64,000 nucleotides of DNA from Candidatus Bathyarchaeota archaeon (GCA_963832745.1 CAWHVC010000003.1:448001-512000); one strand, 5' to 3'; shown: positions 38,216 through 48,750, counted from the stretch's first letter. Notes: generated by a model not told the origin, from the sequence alone. Numbers and translations are program-made.

Positions 38216-39858
38216 CACTCAGCTTTGAAGTCTAAGACTGTTGTTTCAAGGGTCATCAAGTTAATTACTGGTACCTTCCCAGGGGTTGGAACAAGACCAA
38301 GTTTTTCCATGTAATCTGTTTGTTCTTGCCAACCTCCAGAATTAACCACTAAGACGCCTCTATAATTGCAATAACCTAAAACATGCACATGCCCAGCATG
38401 TAAGATGTCTGGAACCTTATCAATTACTAAGTAATCACGATTTTCTGGAGAAAGCATGGTTTTTCCACCGTAAACCGGGGCTAAATGTCGACCTTGTAGA
38501 AGTAGTCTCATGGATTTTTCTGGGTGGTCATGACTCATTTCTGGAATAACTGAAATGATGTCGTCTAAGCTTCTGCCGTGATCCATAAGTACGTCGACGC
38601 CATGAATGCTTACCAGACATGGACTTCCAACAGAGTGAATATTGGGTTTGCCCTCAATTGCGGTTAGGTAGTCTGGTGGGATTGCGGGCTGTGGCAACGC
38701 TTTTCTTGAGGCATCATGGTTTCCTGGAGCCAAAACAATTTCAATATATTTGGGAATTTTTTCCAAGTATTTGATGGCAAAATTGTATTGCTTGTGCACG
38801 TCACGTATGGTTAGTTCATATTGTTGACCGGGGTAAACTCCAACGCCATCAACAATGTCTCCTGCTACAAGCAGGTATTTTACGCGGCCAGCAATTTCTT
38901 TCATTTCTGGGGTGCCATATTTGCCTTTAAGCCAAAGGATGAATTTTTTGAAGGCTTCCCGGTTAAATTTTGTGCTACCCACATGAATGTCTGAGGTAAG
39001 AACGGCGTAAACTGGTTCTTGCGCTCGCTGTGGGGCTTTGCGGCCCACGTCAGGAAAGATTATATCTTCAGCCAAAAACAAGTTTGTTCTAGTTTTGATA
39101 ACCGCTAGACAGATTACTTGGTCAGGTAGAATTTGTAGTGCTTTCTTTTTAACTTCATCTGGAGCCTTGTTTGGAACTAGCACGGTTGCGCTGCTGTCAA
39201 GGTCTTCTACAGAAAGTATTGTTTGCTGTTTGGCATCTCTTCTTTCGGTTAGCATGCAAATGATTTTCAGTTTGGTTTTAGGTTGTGATTTTAGGGCTTC
39301 GCGGATTGGTGTCGCTGCTCTAACGTCGATTCTTTGCCGCAGAATTTTTTCTAAACGCTTGTACCTATCCTGAAAAAGGGCTGTGTATTCTTGGAGGGTT
39401 CCATTTGAAGTTAGTTTGCCTGTTGCATCCTCTAAAATCTTTAGTTCTGAAGGGATGTATTTGGCATAGGGGTAAAAAGTTCCCTCATCAACTATTACTG
39501 GAAGTCTAGACGGTTGTGGCTGCTGCATCTTAACTTCCGAAACATTTGACTTTTCATCTTTAATCTCTAAAACTTGCGTTGTTGCTTGGACGGAAACTTG
39601 GACTTTACCGCTTTTAACTGCTTGAGCTGCTTGCCTTGTCTGGGTTAACTGAGTAACCATGTTTTCCAAAAAAATTTTTTCTATAAAAAACGGTTTATCT
39701 TTTAAGTTCTTCATTTCATGCAATACCATGTTCATTATCGCTAGCGGGTCAGTTCCTTCGCAGTTGTGGCATAAATAGTGAAAAGCATCAGTGCTAAGTT
39801 GGTAGCCTGCAATGATTGTTGCCTCGATGGCTTTTTGTAGTCTTTCATTTCCGCTCAT
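38212..39858 (-). CDS. polB: DNA polymerase D small subunit DP1
   Basis: OB fold and phosphoesterase motifs SDIHVGS, GDIVDG, PGNHD, HGRS, GHVH. Confidence 0.95.
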   Translation of the reverse strand: MSGNERLQKAIEATIIAGYQLSTDAFHYLCHNCEGTDPLAIMNMVLHEMKNLKDKPFFIEKIFLENMVTQLTQTRQAAQAVKSGKVQVSVQATTQVLEIKDEKSNVSEVKMQQPQPSRLPVIVDEGTFYPYAKYIPSELKILEDATGKLTSNGTLQEYTALFQDRYKRLEKILRQRIDVRAATPIREALKSQPKTKLKIICMLTERRDAKQQTILSVEDLDSSATVLVPNKAPDEVKKKALQILPDQVICLAVIKTRTNLFLAEDIIFPDVGRKAPQRAQEPVYAVLTSDIHVGSTKFNREAFKKFILWLKGKYGTPEMKEIAGRVKYLLVAGDIVDGVGVYPGQQYELTIRDVHKQYNFAIKYLEKIPKYIEIVLAPGNHDASRKALPQPAIPPDYLTAIEGKPNIHSVGSPCLVSIHGVDVLMDHGRSLDDIISVIPEMSHDHPEKSMRLLLQGRHLAPVYGGKTMLSPENRDYLVIDKVPDILHAGHVHVLGYCNYRGVLVVNSGGWQEQTDYMEKLGLVPTPGKVPVINLMTLETTVLDFKAEC

Positions 39859-40093
39859 GCTTATGCTTTCTCGCCCTGAACCACATCAAATTGATGATTT
39901 TACGTTTAGCCACTTATGCGTTGGCTTATTTACTGTTATTGCTTAGATGCCTAAAACTTTAAAGATGCATTTTTAGGTGCTTTTTCAACTTGTTGTTCAG
40001 CCTGCCTGATTGATTGTTTACCAGTCGATGCTAAATTTATATAAGCTGTGAAATGTTTAGATAAGTTATAATAGATTTGCAAGGGGAACTTAA

Positions 40094-41065
40094 TTGAGTG
40101 ATTTACGTAAGGTTCAGCAAACTCCAACTGGCACGTTTTTCGTTTGTGTGCCAAGGTCTTGGGCTCAACAGAATGGATTGAAAAAGGGCGCCATGGTTAA
40201 CTTGGAAGTTACTGGAGATGGCAAACTTGTCGTTGACGCTAAGTATGATTCGGAGCAGCAGCAAAAAGTAGCCGCTTTAACTGTTGGGCCATTTTTAAGC
40301 CGAGAAATTATCGGTCGCTACTTGTTGGGTTTCGATGTTATACGTGTTGAAGCAAAGGACCGAATAGACCTTGATGTTAGAAATACTGTAAAATCCACCG
40401 TCAGCTCGCTTGTAGGTTTGGAGATTGTTGAAGAAAACTATTCTCAAGTTGTTTTGCAGTGCCTGCTTGACCCTTCAGGTTCACAGCCAGAAAAAATCCT
40501 GCGCAGAAACTATGCAATTATTTCTGGTATGACTCGTGACGTTACGAATTCTTTTATTAACGGTGACTTGCAGCTGGCTAAAGCTGTAGTAGCTCGAGAC
40601 GTTGAAAGCAATCGATTGTATTTTCTTTTGGTTCGGATCCTTAGGACAATTATTCAGAATCCAAGATTAAGTGAGAAGCTGGGAATAACGCCGATTGATT
40701 GTCTTGATTATCGTCTTGCTGCAAGCTTAATCGAATCTATGGGCGATGCTTGTGTACAAGTAGCTACAAAAACCCTCGAATTAGACGGGTTTAAACCATC
40801 TGGTGAATTGCAAAAGCTGTTAGGTGATTTGCAAACTGTTTGCCTTGAAGCAAACGAACAAGCATTAAAATCGTTTGTTAACAAGGACATGGCGTTAGCT
40901 GAAAACGTTCGCAATATGCAAGTAAGAATTCGTGATATCTATGCTAACATTGAGAAGGTGGCTAAGAACCAGCCGGTTGATGTTATGCCTCAGCTTTTGG
41001 CAGCTATCTCTTTTGTACGGCAGATTTACGAGCACAGTTTAGACATGGCTGACCTTGTCGCATAG
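40094..41065 (+). CDS. phoU: Phosphate uptake regulator (AbrB-like N-terminus plus PhoU domains)
   Basis: RKVQ..G.FFV.VP.SWA....LKKG N-terminus; RD.E.NRLYFL and ESMGD PhoU repeats. Confidence 0.85.
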   Translation: MSDLRKVQQTPTGTFFVCVPRSWAQQNGLKKGAMVNLEVTGDGKLVVDAKYDSEQQQKVAALTVGPFLSREIIGRYLLGFDVIRVEAKDRIDLDVRNTVKSTVSSLVGLEIVEENYSQVVLQCLLDPSGSQPEKILRRNYAIISGMTRDVTNSFINGDLQLAKAVVARDVESNRLYFLLVRILRTIIQNPRLSEKLGITPIDCLDYRLAASLIESMGDACVQVATKTLELDGFKPSGELQKLLGDLQTVCLEANEQALKSFVNKDMALAENVRNMQVRIRDIYANIEKVAKNQPVDVMPQLLAAISFVRQIYEHSLDMADLVA

Positions 41066-41295
41066 CTTCTTTTTCTTTTTAACATTTTTTGGCTTGAAAA
41101 GTCATCTATAGCACCTACTTCGCCCTTAGCGTTTCCTTGAAAATTAAACCGATTTTACTTTTTCTTTTTAATAGATAAGTAAATTTCAGAAAAAATAAGC
41201 AAGTTTGCAAGGGCATATTTAGTTTAACATAAATTTTTTCGTTTTAAATACAAAAAAATATTAACCTATACAGATTTTGTTTGCTTGATACAGAG

Positions 41296-41637
41296 ATGAG
41301 TGGTATCACTAGCCCAAAAATCTTGTTGGGGCAAAGTAAACAAGAATATGCAAAGTTTCTCAAATGTCAAGACACGGATGTTTTCGCTGAAGCAGGCGAG
41401 TTGCTATGGGAATCCTTAAAGGCATACCTAAAGCAGGCAACAAAGCAGAAATTAGATGGTGCTAACGCTTTGGCAAATATGGCTGGTCAAATGGGTGACG
41501 TGTTTAACGAGCTTTTCTTTCATTGCCAACATTTCCATTCATGGTACAGTGGTGTAGGTGTTCCAAATGATTTTGTCGCCGAAAAGAAGCTTTATACCCA
41601 ATCGTTGGAAACTCTTGAAAAAATAATTAATCATTGA
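41296..41637 (+). CDS. Hypothetical protein, possibly PaREP1/HEPN-like
   Basis: EAGELLWESLKAYLK and QHFHSWY resemble PaREP1 motifs (remembered pattern, not searched). Confidence 0.45.
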   Translation: MSGITSPKILLGQSKQEYAKFLKCQDTDVFAEAGELLWESLKAYLKQATKQKLDGANALANMAGQMGDVFNELFFHCQHFHSWYSGVGVPNDFVAEKKLYTQSLETLEKIINH

Positions 41638-41709
41638 ACATATACAACAAGATTGAGTCTTTAGAGATTAAAAAGTTAGCAGTAAGCCTCACAGTTTACG
41701 ATTCAATCA

Positions 41710-42047
41710 TTACTGCATTTGATAACATAAAGTTTTTTTGGGTTTGTTTAGCGCTGATTTAATTGTATAATTTTTAAGCCTTTTTTCAAGGGCACTTTTT
41801 GTTAGTGCATCTTTTTCACGGAGAATTGCCTCTTTTAGTAGTTTAACCGCAACATTTACGCTGTCGCCGCCGAACCTTTTGGCAAAGACACTTAATGGTT
41901 TGCCTTTATCAAAGATTTTTTGTGGTAACATACATAGTTTGCTGGATACCCCCTGTGATCGTTTGGGTTTATCACCATGAAACGGTATATTCCTTTCCAG
42001 TCACCGTTTTCAAAGGGTTTGCACACTTGTAATTTGTAGTCGCTCAT
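41710..42047 (-). pseudogene. Hypothetical gene apparently split by a frameshift near 41930
   Basis: ATG at 42047 reads MSDYKLQVCKPF...GYPANYVC and stops at 41892; a second frame continues MLPQKIF... from 41931; junction is a TATGTATG microrepeat. Confidence 0.4.
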
Positions 42048-42205
42048 CTGAGGAACACTTGAAAACTTCAAAAGGATTTTTTGCTAATAATAGTTATTTG
42101 CATACATTCTATAGACTATTGAGAGCCGTGATACAGCTTGATAATTAGGTCTTTTTGGTTTTATTGGAAACTCTTTTAGACTGGCATGCAGACTCTATTG
42201 TTGCT

Positions 42206-42331
42206 GCCGGGGTGGCGGAGTGGTTATCGCGCCAGCCTCGAGATCTAAACTGAAATGTGGGCTTGGCCAAAATGGCAAGATAGCTGGTGGGCTTCGTGCT
42301 CGCAGGGGTTCGAATCCCTTCCCCGGCGCCA
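42206..42331 (+). tRNA. tRNA-Ser(CGA) with a 39-nt intron at 37/38 (about 42243-42281) and encoded CCA
   Basis: Acceptor stem GCCGGGG/CCCCGGC, G73, CCA; anticodon stem CCAGC/GCTGG around CT-CGA-G; long variable arm; GTTCGAATC T-loop. Confidence 0.92.
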
Positions 42332-42586
42332 GAACTTTTAAGCAATTGCTATATTGATGCATTATTTTGTATCAAATAATAAATTGTTTAAGAGCTAACT
42401 TGTCAATACAAACGCTTAGAGAAAACTTTATACCGATTTATTCAGCTTATTGTACATAGACGTTTCTTTTGTTTTAAAAAAATCTCTTGCCAGTTATGGA
42501 GACCTTTTTTTGAATATTAACAAAGCACTCAACAGCATCAACTTTTCTTCAGCCCAAAAAAGTACGTTAACAAAGGAGGCTTCATA

Positions 42587-45316
42587 ATGCCTAAAAAACA
42601 AAAAACCGTGTCTCCCAGACAGGGCGAAACAGAAAAATGGTACCAATTAAGCGCCGAAGAAACCGCATCTAAACTAAACGTAGACCCTCAAAAAGGCTTA
42701 AGCGCCTCAGAAGCAGAAGAACGCCTCCAAAAAGACGGCCCGAACATTCTCTCAGGCAAAAAGAAGGAATCAGGTTGGCACGCGTTTGCGCGTCAATACC
42801 GCGACTTCATGCAAATCATCCTAGTTTTCGCCGCAATAATCAGCATAATCTTCACTGCCAAGCTTGGTACTGGTCTTTTATTGTTTGGTTTAACAATAGG
42901 CAACGCTTTGATGGGGCTGAAACAGGAAGCCAAAGCCCAAGCCAGTATAGAATCCTTGAAAAAAATGGTAAAAAACGTTGTTAAAGTCCGTAGGGATGGG
43001 CAGGCAACAGAGGCTGACCCTGAAAAGCTTGTACCAGGCGACATTGTTTTAATGGAAGCAGGAGACCGGGTTCCGGCTGATGGACGTCTTTTTGTTTCTG
43101 CTTCACTTGAAATTGAAGAAGCCGCATTGACAGGAGAAAGTGTTGCTTCACCAAAAATCACTCAAGCCATAACTGGTGCCAACACGGCATTGGGCGATCG
43201 GCACTGCATGGCTTACATGAATACTTCAGTAACCCGTGGCAGGGGCGAAATGATAGTTACCACCACTGGAATGGCTACCGAAATGGGCCATATTGCCGAG
43301 ATGCTTAACAAAACTAAAACTGAAAAAACGCCTTTGCAGAAACAGCTTGACCATCTTACTCTTATTATTGCTGGATTGGCGGGTATCACTTTTGTTTTGA
43401 TGGTTATTTTTGGATTGCAGCAAGGGCAAGCGTTTGAAACCTTGTTTATTGCGGGGGTAGCTTTGGCAATTGCCGCTATTCCCACTGGCATGCCCGTAGT
43501 AGTCACCACATTGTATTCAGAGGGCACCAGAATTTTAGCCAGCCGCAACGCCATCGTAAAACGTCTGCCCTCGGTGGAAACTTTAGGGTCAGTTTCCGCA
43601 ATTTGCTCTGATAAAACTGGAACGTTAACCCTTAACAAAATGACCTCCCGCGAATTTACCGTTCCCGGCAATAACCATTATAACATAACAGGCGAAGGCT
43701 ATAGCACCCAAGGTCAATTGTTACGTGACGGCGGTGGAACAATCGACTTAAACGATGTATTACTGCCAATGGCTTTATGCGCTGACGCAACCTTGGAAGG
43801 TGGTAACTTAATTGGTGACCCAACCGAGGGCGCCTTGATTGTGCTTGCCGAGAAGGGTGGCATCAGCGTTGTAGGTGCAAGAAAGAATTATCCAAGAATC
43901 GCCGAAGTGCCTTTTGATTCAGAATACAAGTTCATGGCAACATTCCATAACCTGACCGACAAAGAAGGCAAACATGTAGTACGCGCTTTCGTCAAGGGGG
44001 CACCTGACGTTCTAATTGCCAAAGGTAGCTTTTATTGGACCCCTGAAGGAAAACTTATTCCAATTACTGAAGAGAATCGCACGTTAGCAAACGCTGAAAA
44101 TGAACGTATGGCAAAAGCTGGCGAACGCGTAATTGTTGTAGCCCGAAAAGATTTTGATCCCAAACAGTTTGAACCAACAGGTAACATGAAAGATTTAATC
44201 AATGACTTAACTCTGCTGGCAATAGTTGGCATGGTGGACCCACCGCGAAGTGAAGCCAAAGAATCAATCGCCAAATGCCACAGCGCAGGCATACAGGTTC
44301 GAATGATAACAGGTGACTATGCTACAACAGCAGACGTGATTGGTCACGAATTGGGAATTGAAGGTAAAACTTTGACTGGTGCCCAGTTTTCTACAACCAG
44401 CGATAGTGAACTCGAGAAGGAACTGGACGAAATTGGTGTAATCGCCCGGGTTGCTCCCGAAGATAAACTGCGGCTTGTAACTTTGCTTCAAAAGAAACAA
44501 AACATTGTAGCCATGACGGGTGACGGCGTTAATGACGCTCCTGCATTAAAGAAAGCTGACATCGGAGTTGCAATGGGAATTACCGGCACGGAAGTGTCAA
44601 AGGATGCCGCAACAATGATTCTAACAGACGACAATTTCGCCACAATTGTCAACGCTGTCGAATACGGACGAGGTATCTACGATAACTTAATCAAGTATAT
44701 TCGTTTCCAAATGGGCACCTTAATCGCTTTCATCGCGACGTTTCTAGGCGCAGCATTTTTCCATATTCTAAACGGAACACCCTTTGGTGCAATAACGGTT
44801 TTGTGGATAAACTTTCTCATTCAAGTTCCTGTAGCCATGGCTTTAGGCTTCGACGAGGCGTCCCCTGGCTTGATGAAACGTAAACCCCGCCCACTCTCTG
44901 AACCGGTTCTTTCACGCAAAAAGTGGGTTCGCATCATTTTTATGGGCTTAATCATTACAGCAGCCACGTTGTTTGTTGAAGCCTATTACAGTATGGTTGG
45001 TGATAGTCAAGCTATAACAATGGGGTTTGCTGTTTTTTCTTTACTTAGTATTGCTCTTGGGGTTACCTCAAAAAGCGAAACACAAACGATATTTTCAAAA
45101 GACATGCTGCCAGGTTGGCGCCAACTGGGTTTATATGTGCTGTCGCTGTTTTTCCTATTTGTGGGCGCCTTTTTGCTGCGCGAAACCTCCAACACCACAC
45201 CGTTAACAAGTCAACAATGGCTGATTTGCTTTGGATTCGCTGCTCTCTTGATACTTGTTGATGAAGTAGTCAAGTTTTTCATGCGTAGACATAGCCCCTC
45301 AAAAACAAGAAAGTAA
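42587..45316 (+). CDS. P-type ATPase, type II-like scaffold, substrate unclear
   Basis: TGES, DKTGT, KGAP, DPPR and TGDGVNDAPAL motifs; about 10 TM helices. Confidence 0.93.
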   Translation: MPKKQKTVSPRQGETEKWYQLSAEETASKLNVDPQKGLSASEAEERLQKDGPNILSGKKKESGWHAFARQYRDFMQIILVFAAIISIIFTAKLGTGLLLFGLTIGNALMGLKQEAKAQASIESLKKMVKNVVKVRRDGQATEADPEKLVPGDIVLMEAGDRVPADGRLFVSASLEIEEAALTGESVASPKITQAITGANTALGDRHCMAYMNTSVTRGRGEMIVTTTGMATEMGHIAEMLNKTKTEKTPLQKQLDHLTLIIAGLAGITFVLMVIFGLQQGQAFETLFIAGVALAIAAIPTGMPVVVTTLYSEGTRILASRNAIVKRLPSVETLGSVSAICSDKTGTLTLNKMTSREFTVPGNNHYNITGEGYSTQGQLLRDGGGTIDLNDVLLPMALCADATLEGGNLIGDPTEGALIVLAEKGGISVVGARKNYPRIAEVPFDSEYKFMATFHNLTDKEGKHVVRAFVKGAPDVLIAKGSFYWTPEGKLIPITEENRTLANAENERMAKAGERVIVVARKDFDPKQFEPTGNMKDLINDLTLLAIVGMVDPPRSEAKESIAKCHSAGIQVRMITGDYATTADVIGHELGIEGKTLTGAQFSTTSDSELEKELDEIGVIARVAPEDKLRLVTLLQKKQNIVAMTGDGVNDAPALKKADIGVAMGITGTEVSKDAATMILTDDNFATIVNAVEYGRGIYDNLIKYIRFQMGTLIAFIATFLGAAFFHILNGTPFGAITVLWINFLIQVPVAMALGFDEASPGLMKRKPRPLSEPVLSRKKWVRIIFMGLIITAATLFVEAYYSMVGDSQAITMGFAVFSLLSIALGVTSKSETQTIFSKDMLPGWRQLGLYVLSLFFLFVGAFLLRETSNTTPLTSQQWLICFGFAALLILVDEVVKFFMRRHSPSKTRK

Positions 45317-45329
45317 GGAGCAAAAAGAC

Positions 45330-46241
45330 ATGGAACGTTCTGAGCGAATGAAGTTATTCATGAATTTGACGAAGGTTAAGCCTGAAAAAAAAATTTGCCT
45401 AAAAGATTTAGATACTGGTTGGGCACAAAACGAAGAAGTTAAAATCATAGGTAAAGGTGAGTTAAAGGAACGGGCAAACAAACTGCTTGAAGTCAACCGG
45501 ACAGAGCTTGCAAAAGCGCAAGAACTACTTTACGCTAATCACGCGTGGTCTATTTTGATTATTTTTCAGGGCATGGACGCTGCAGGTAAAGACAGCACCA
45601 TTAAACATGTAATGTCTGGTGTTAACCCTCAAGGCTGTAGCGTTAAAAGTTTTAAACAGCCTTCAACTACGGAGCTTGACCACGATTTTATGTGGCGGCA
45701 GGTTTTGGAGTTGCCGGCAAAGGGTATGATTGGAATTTTTAACAGGTCATACTATGAAGAGGTCCTAATCGTTAAAGTGCACCCCAACATTTTAGAAAAT
45801 CAGCATTTACCAACTAAAAAAATTGATAAAGAATTCTGGAATAACCGTTATGAAGACATATCAAGTTATGAACGTTACCTTTCACGCAACGGCACATTAA
45901 TCCTCAAGTTTTTTTTGCACATATCTAAAGAGGAACAGAAAAAAAGGTTCTTGGACCGATTAAACACTCCAGATAAGCATTGGAAGTTTTCTGCATCAGA
46001 CCTGAAAGAGCGCGATTACTGGGACAAGTATATTGAAGCTTATGAAGACATGCTTAGCAATACCAGTTCTAAGTGGGCGCCTTGGTTTGTTATACCTGCA
46101 GATTACAAGTGGATAGCTCGGTCGCTGGTCGCAGATATCATTACTACCAGCATTTACCAACTCGACATTAAATATCCTGAGGTTGACGCACAGAAACGTA
46201 AAGATATTGAAGCAGCCAAGAAACAGCTTGAATCAGAATAG
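45330..46241 (+). CDS. ppk2: Polyphosphate kinase 2 family protein
   Basis: QGMDAAGKD, GVNPQG, FNRSYYEEVL and WKFS..DL.ER. Confidence 0.93.
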   Translation: MERSERMKLFMNLTKVKPEKKICLKDLDTGWAQNEEVKIIGKGELKERANKLLEVNRTELAKAQELLYANHAWSILIIFQGMDAAGKDSTIKHVMSGVNPQGCSVKSFKQPSTTELDHDFMWRQVLELPAKGMIGIFNRSYYEEVLIVKVHPNILENQHLPTKKIDKEFWNNRYEDISSYERYLSRNGTLILKFFLHISKEEQKKRFLDRLNTPDKHWKFSASDLKERDYWDKYIEAYEDMLSNTSSKWAPWFVIPADYKWIARSLVADIITTSIYQLDIKYPEVDAQKRKDIEAAKKQLESE

Positions 46242-46395
46242 CTCCATTTTAAAATCTTCTATAGTTTCTTTATTTCCTTGCTGCAGAAAAACCGTTTGAG
46301 CGAGTTACCTAAAGAATTAAAATCAGCTTCCAACCCCGATAAAAAGGACATTTAAAGGTACATGCCATCGTTTACTATTTCTGAGTGAATGCTTA

Positions 46396-46920
46396 TTATC
46401 TTTGGTTTCTTTGCCTCTTGCGATACACCAACATGGTTGCTGCAAAGGCTATTACAACTAGCAAAATTATGGTTGCTGTAGTCCATGTTTCCCACTGGTT
46501 AGTTTCTAAAACCTCAAATTTTACTGTTTCAGCGTTTAAAGCGCGTGCAATCTGTGAACAAGAAATTTGCCAAACATCAAACGTGTAATTTCCCTCTGGC
46601 AGATAACGAGTAGCTTCTCCTTTGAAAATTAGCCAGCCGTCTGACGTGTTGCCTGCATAAGTTGCGTTGATAACGAATTCTTCATGGTTAAGATAGCAGT
46701 AAAATCGGGGTCCAGACTCGTTAACATAGTATCTTTCCATAACTTGGCCCATCACTTTAAACTCAACGGTTCCTGAATTGAGAGTGCCACTTACTGGTGA
46801 TTCTATCTCAAATTTTGGCATACTAGCAAAAACCGTAGGATTAGCTGTTGCTTCAAGCGAAAAAATCAATGCCACAGCGATAAAAATTCCTAAAATAAAC
46901 ACTGCCAATAATATTTTCAC
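46396..46920 (-). CDS. Hypothetical secreted/surface protein with C-terminal membrane anchor
   Basis: N-terminal signal-like hydrophobic stretch, beta-rich middle, C-terminal TM followed by RKRQR. Confidence 0.65.
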   Translation of the reverse strand: MKILLAVFILGIFIAVALIFSLEATANPTVFASMPKFEIESPVSGTLNSGTVEFKVMGQVMERYYVNESGPRFYCYLNHEEFVINATYAGNTSDGWLIFKGEATRYLPEGNYTFDVWQISCSQIARALNAETVKFEVLETNQWETWTTATIILLVVIAFAATMLVYRKRQRNQR

Positions 46921-46992
46921 AGCTTAGCCCTCAAATAGGCAGTATAGTTTTTGCTTAAAAATTTTATTAAAAAACCTTTTTTCACCAGAAAG

Positions 46993-48081
46993 TTACCTGT
47001 TTTGCATTAAAATTTTTGCGTCCCCCAGAAGGTTCAGCACATGCATAGGGTTTAATTCGTAGGTGTAAACGTAACCCCTAACACAAGTACGAATGCAAAT
47101 ATTACATCCTTGTGCTCTATCAACATGTTCTTTGAAGAGTTTGCTTGAAAAGTAATCATTAAATGAACCCCTGTTTAGGTCGTACGTGTGGTCGTAGGTA
47201 CAACTGAAAATTTTGTTGTCAGCTGACACATAAACAAACATTTTAGGAAAATTGCACTTCCAAGGTCTGCCTTCCACAAAATGTTTGAGCACAAGCTCAG
47301 TTTCCATGAGTGGATACCCCTCACGTTTAAGCTCTAACAGCTTGACATAAAATGTTTGCAACTGCAATTTAGTTAACCCATAATCCGCCACTGGCGTCTC
47401 TGACCTTCCAGCTTCAAAACTTGATTTAACTGTGGGCTCAACTGAATTGTACGATATTCCAACATGCAAATCTCTTGCAAACTTAGCCATGGGCTCAATT
47501 GCATTAAAATTTAGAGAACTAATTGTTGTAACCAAAACAACTCTTGTATGCCCCGCTTTGCGAATTTTTTCAATTCCATCTATAACCTCCTTAAACGAGC
47601 CGGGTTTACCTCTGATTAAGTCATGGTAGTCATTAAAGTAATCCAGTGAAACAAACATCATGTCTATGTTATGTAGCTCCTGAGCTTTAGATGCCAGCAG
47701 TGACCCGTTTGTGTTCATGGTTGTCAAGAAACCCTTATTCTTAGCGTAATCGACCACTTTTCCAATGTCATTTCTGACTGTAGGTTCGCCGCCGAAAAGG
47801 TAGTAGCCCCGCATGCCGCAATCGTACGCTTCATCAAGAAGCCTAAAAACCTGCCTTGTACTCATGTCCTCGCTTTTTCTGTCTGTCATTTGCCAGTAGG
47901 TACAAGTTTTACATTTTGAATTGCAGGCATAAGTTATCGCGTGAGCCAAGAAAAATGGCTTTTGAGTAATCCTTGATTTTAGCAGTGAAAGAGCAGCACC
48001 TACATATATGCTTCCAGTGCTCGCTTTGCCGCTTTTCTTCTCAACCAATTTGGAAGTTACCACGGGTAAAATCATCTCCAA
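46993..48081 (-). CDS. Radical SAM protein with C-terminal Cys cluster
   Basis: CNSKCKTC, FGGEP, NTNG; C-terminal C...C...CNIC...C. Confidence 0.88.
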   Translation of the reverse strand: MEMILPVVTSKLVEKKSGKASTGSIYVGAALSLLKSRITQKPFFLAHAITYACNSKCKTCTYWQMTDRKSEDMSTRQVFRLLDEAYDCGMRGYYLFGGEPTVRNDIGKVVDYAKNKGFLTTMNTNGSLLASKAQELHNIDMMFVSLDYFNDYHDLIRGKPGSFKEVIDGIEKIRKAGHTRVVLVTTISSLNFNAIEPMAKFARDLHVGISYNSVEPTVKSSFEAGRSETPVADYGLTKLQLQTFYVKLLELKREGYPLMETELVLKHFVEGRPWKCNFPKMFVYVSADNKIFSCTYDHTYDLNRGSFNDYFSSKLFKEHVDRAQGCNICIRTCVRGYVYTYELNPMHVLNLLGDAKILMQNR

Positions 48082-48285
48082 GTTTGAAAGAGCAAAACCA
48101 GCGAGTTTTGAGGCTAAAGGCGACTTTTTTTCATTTAACCTCTACATTCCAAGCCATCCAAGTCCATAATAAACATTTTCAGACATCACTTTTTGTGTCA
48201 TTGTTGGTGTGGTCTTGAAGGAACAATACTTTTTATGTAATCTCTTGGAAAAATAACATTGATTACACTTTGTTTTTTGGTGTTA

Positions 48286-48750
48286 ATGTTGGCTTCACGA
48301 ATTTATATTGCACTTGCGGTTTGCATCATTGTCGTAATAGTAGTTGCTGGTTTTGCAGTTTACTATTATGATGCTTACAATAAGCTGACTTTTGAGCTTA
48401 AAAGTGTGGGCGTAGGCGATGTCAGCTTAACCTCAATTCAAATAACTTTACGTCTACAAATAACAAACCCCAACGCGCTCCCCGTTTATATTCCTGACGG
48501 CAGCTTTGATATTTACATTAATGCCATCTATCTTGGGGCAGGAACTTTTGGGGCAGTAACAGTAAACGGTAATAGCCAAGACCAAATCACGGTTCCAGTG
48601 ACATTTAACGCTTTGGATGTGCCGTCAGTTTTGTATGGTATAATCACCGGTGGCGGAACTGTAGCTGTAACCGTTAAAGGACAAGCAAATCTTGTCTTAT
48701 CCAGCGTTCCCTTTGAAAGTACACTTTACAATGTAACAATCGGTCAGTAA
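48286..48750 (+). CDS. LEA type 2 (WHy domain) membrane-anchored protein
   Basis: N-terminal TM; L.ITNPN.LP motif followed by beta strands. Confidence 0.75.
   Translation: MLASRIYIALAVCIIVVIVVAGFAVYYYDAYNKLTFELKSVGVGDVSLTSIQITLRLQITNPNALPVYIPDGSFDIYINAIYLGAGTFGAVTVNGNSQDQITVPVTFNALDVPSVLYGIITGGGTVAVTVKGQANLVLSSVPFESTLYNVTIGQ

Noticed and set aside
42145-42345. 66-aa minus-strand ORF
   Set aside because: It is the antisense of the tRNA-Ser gene
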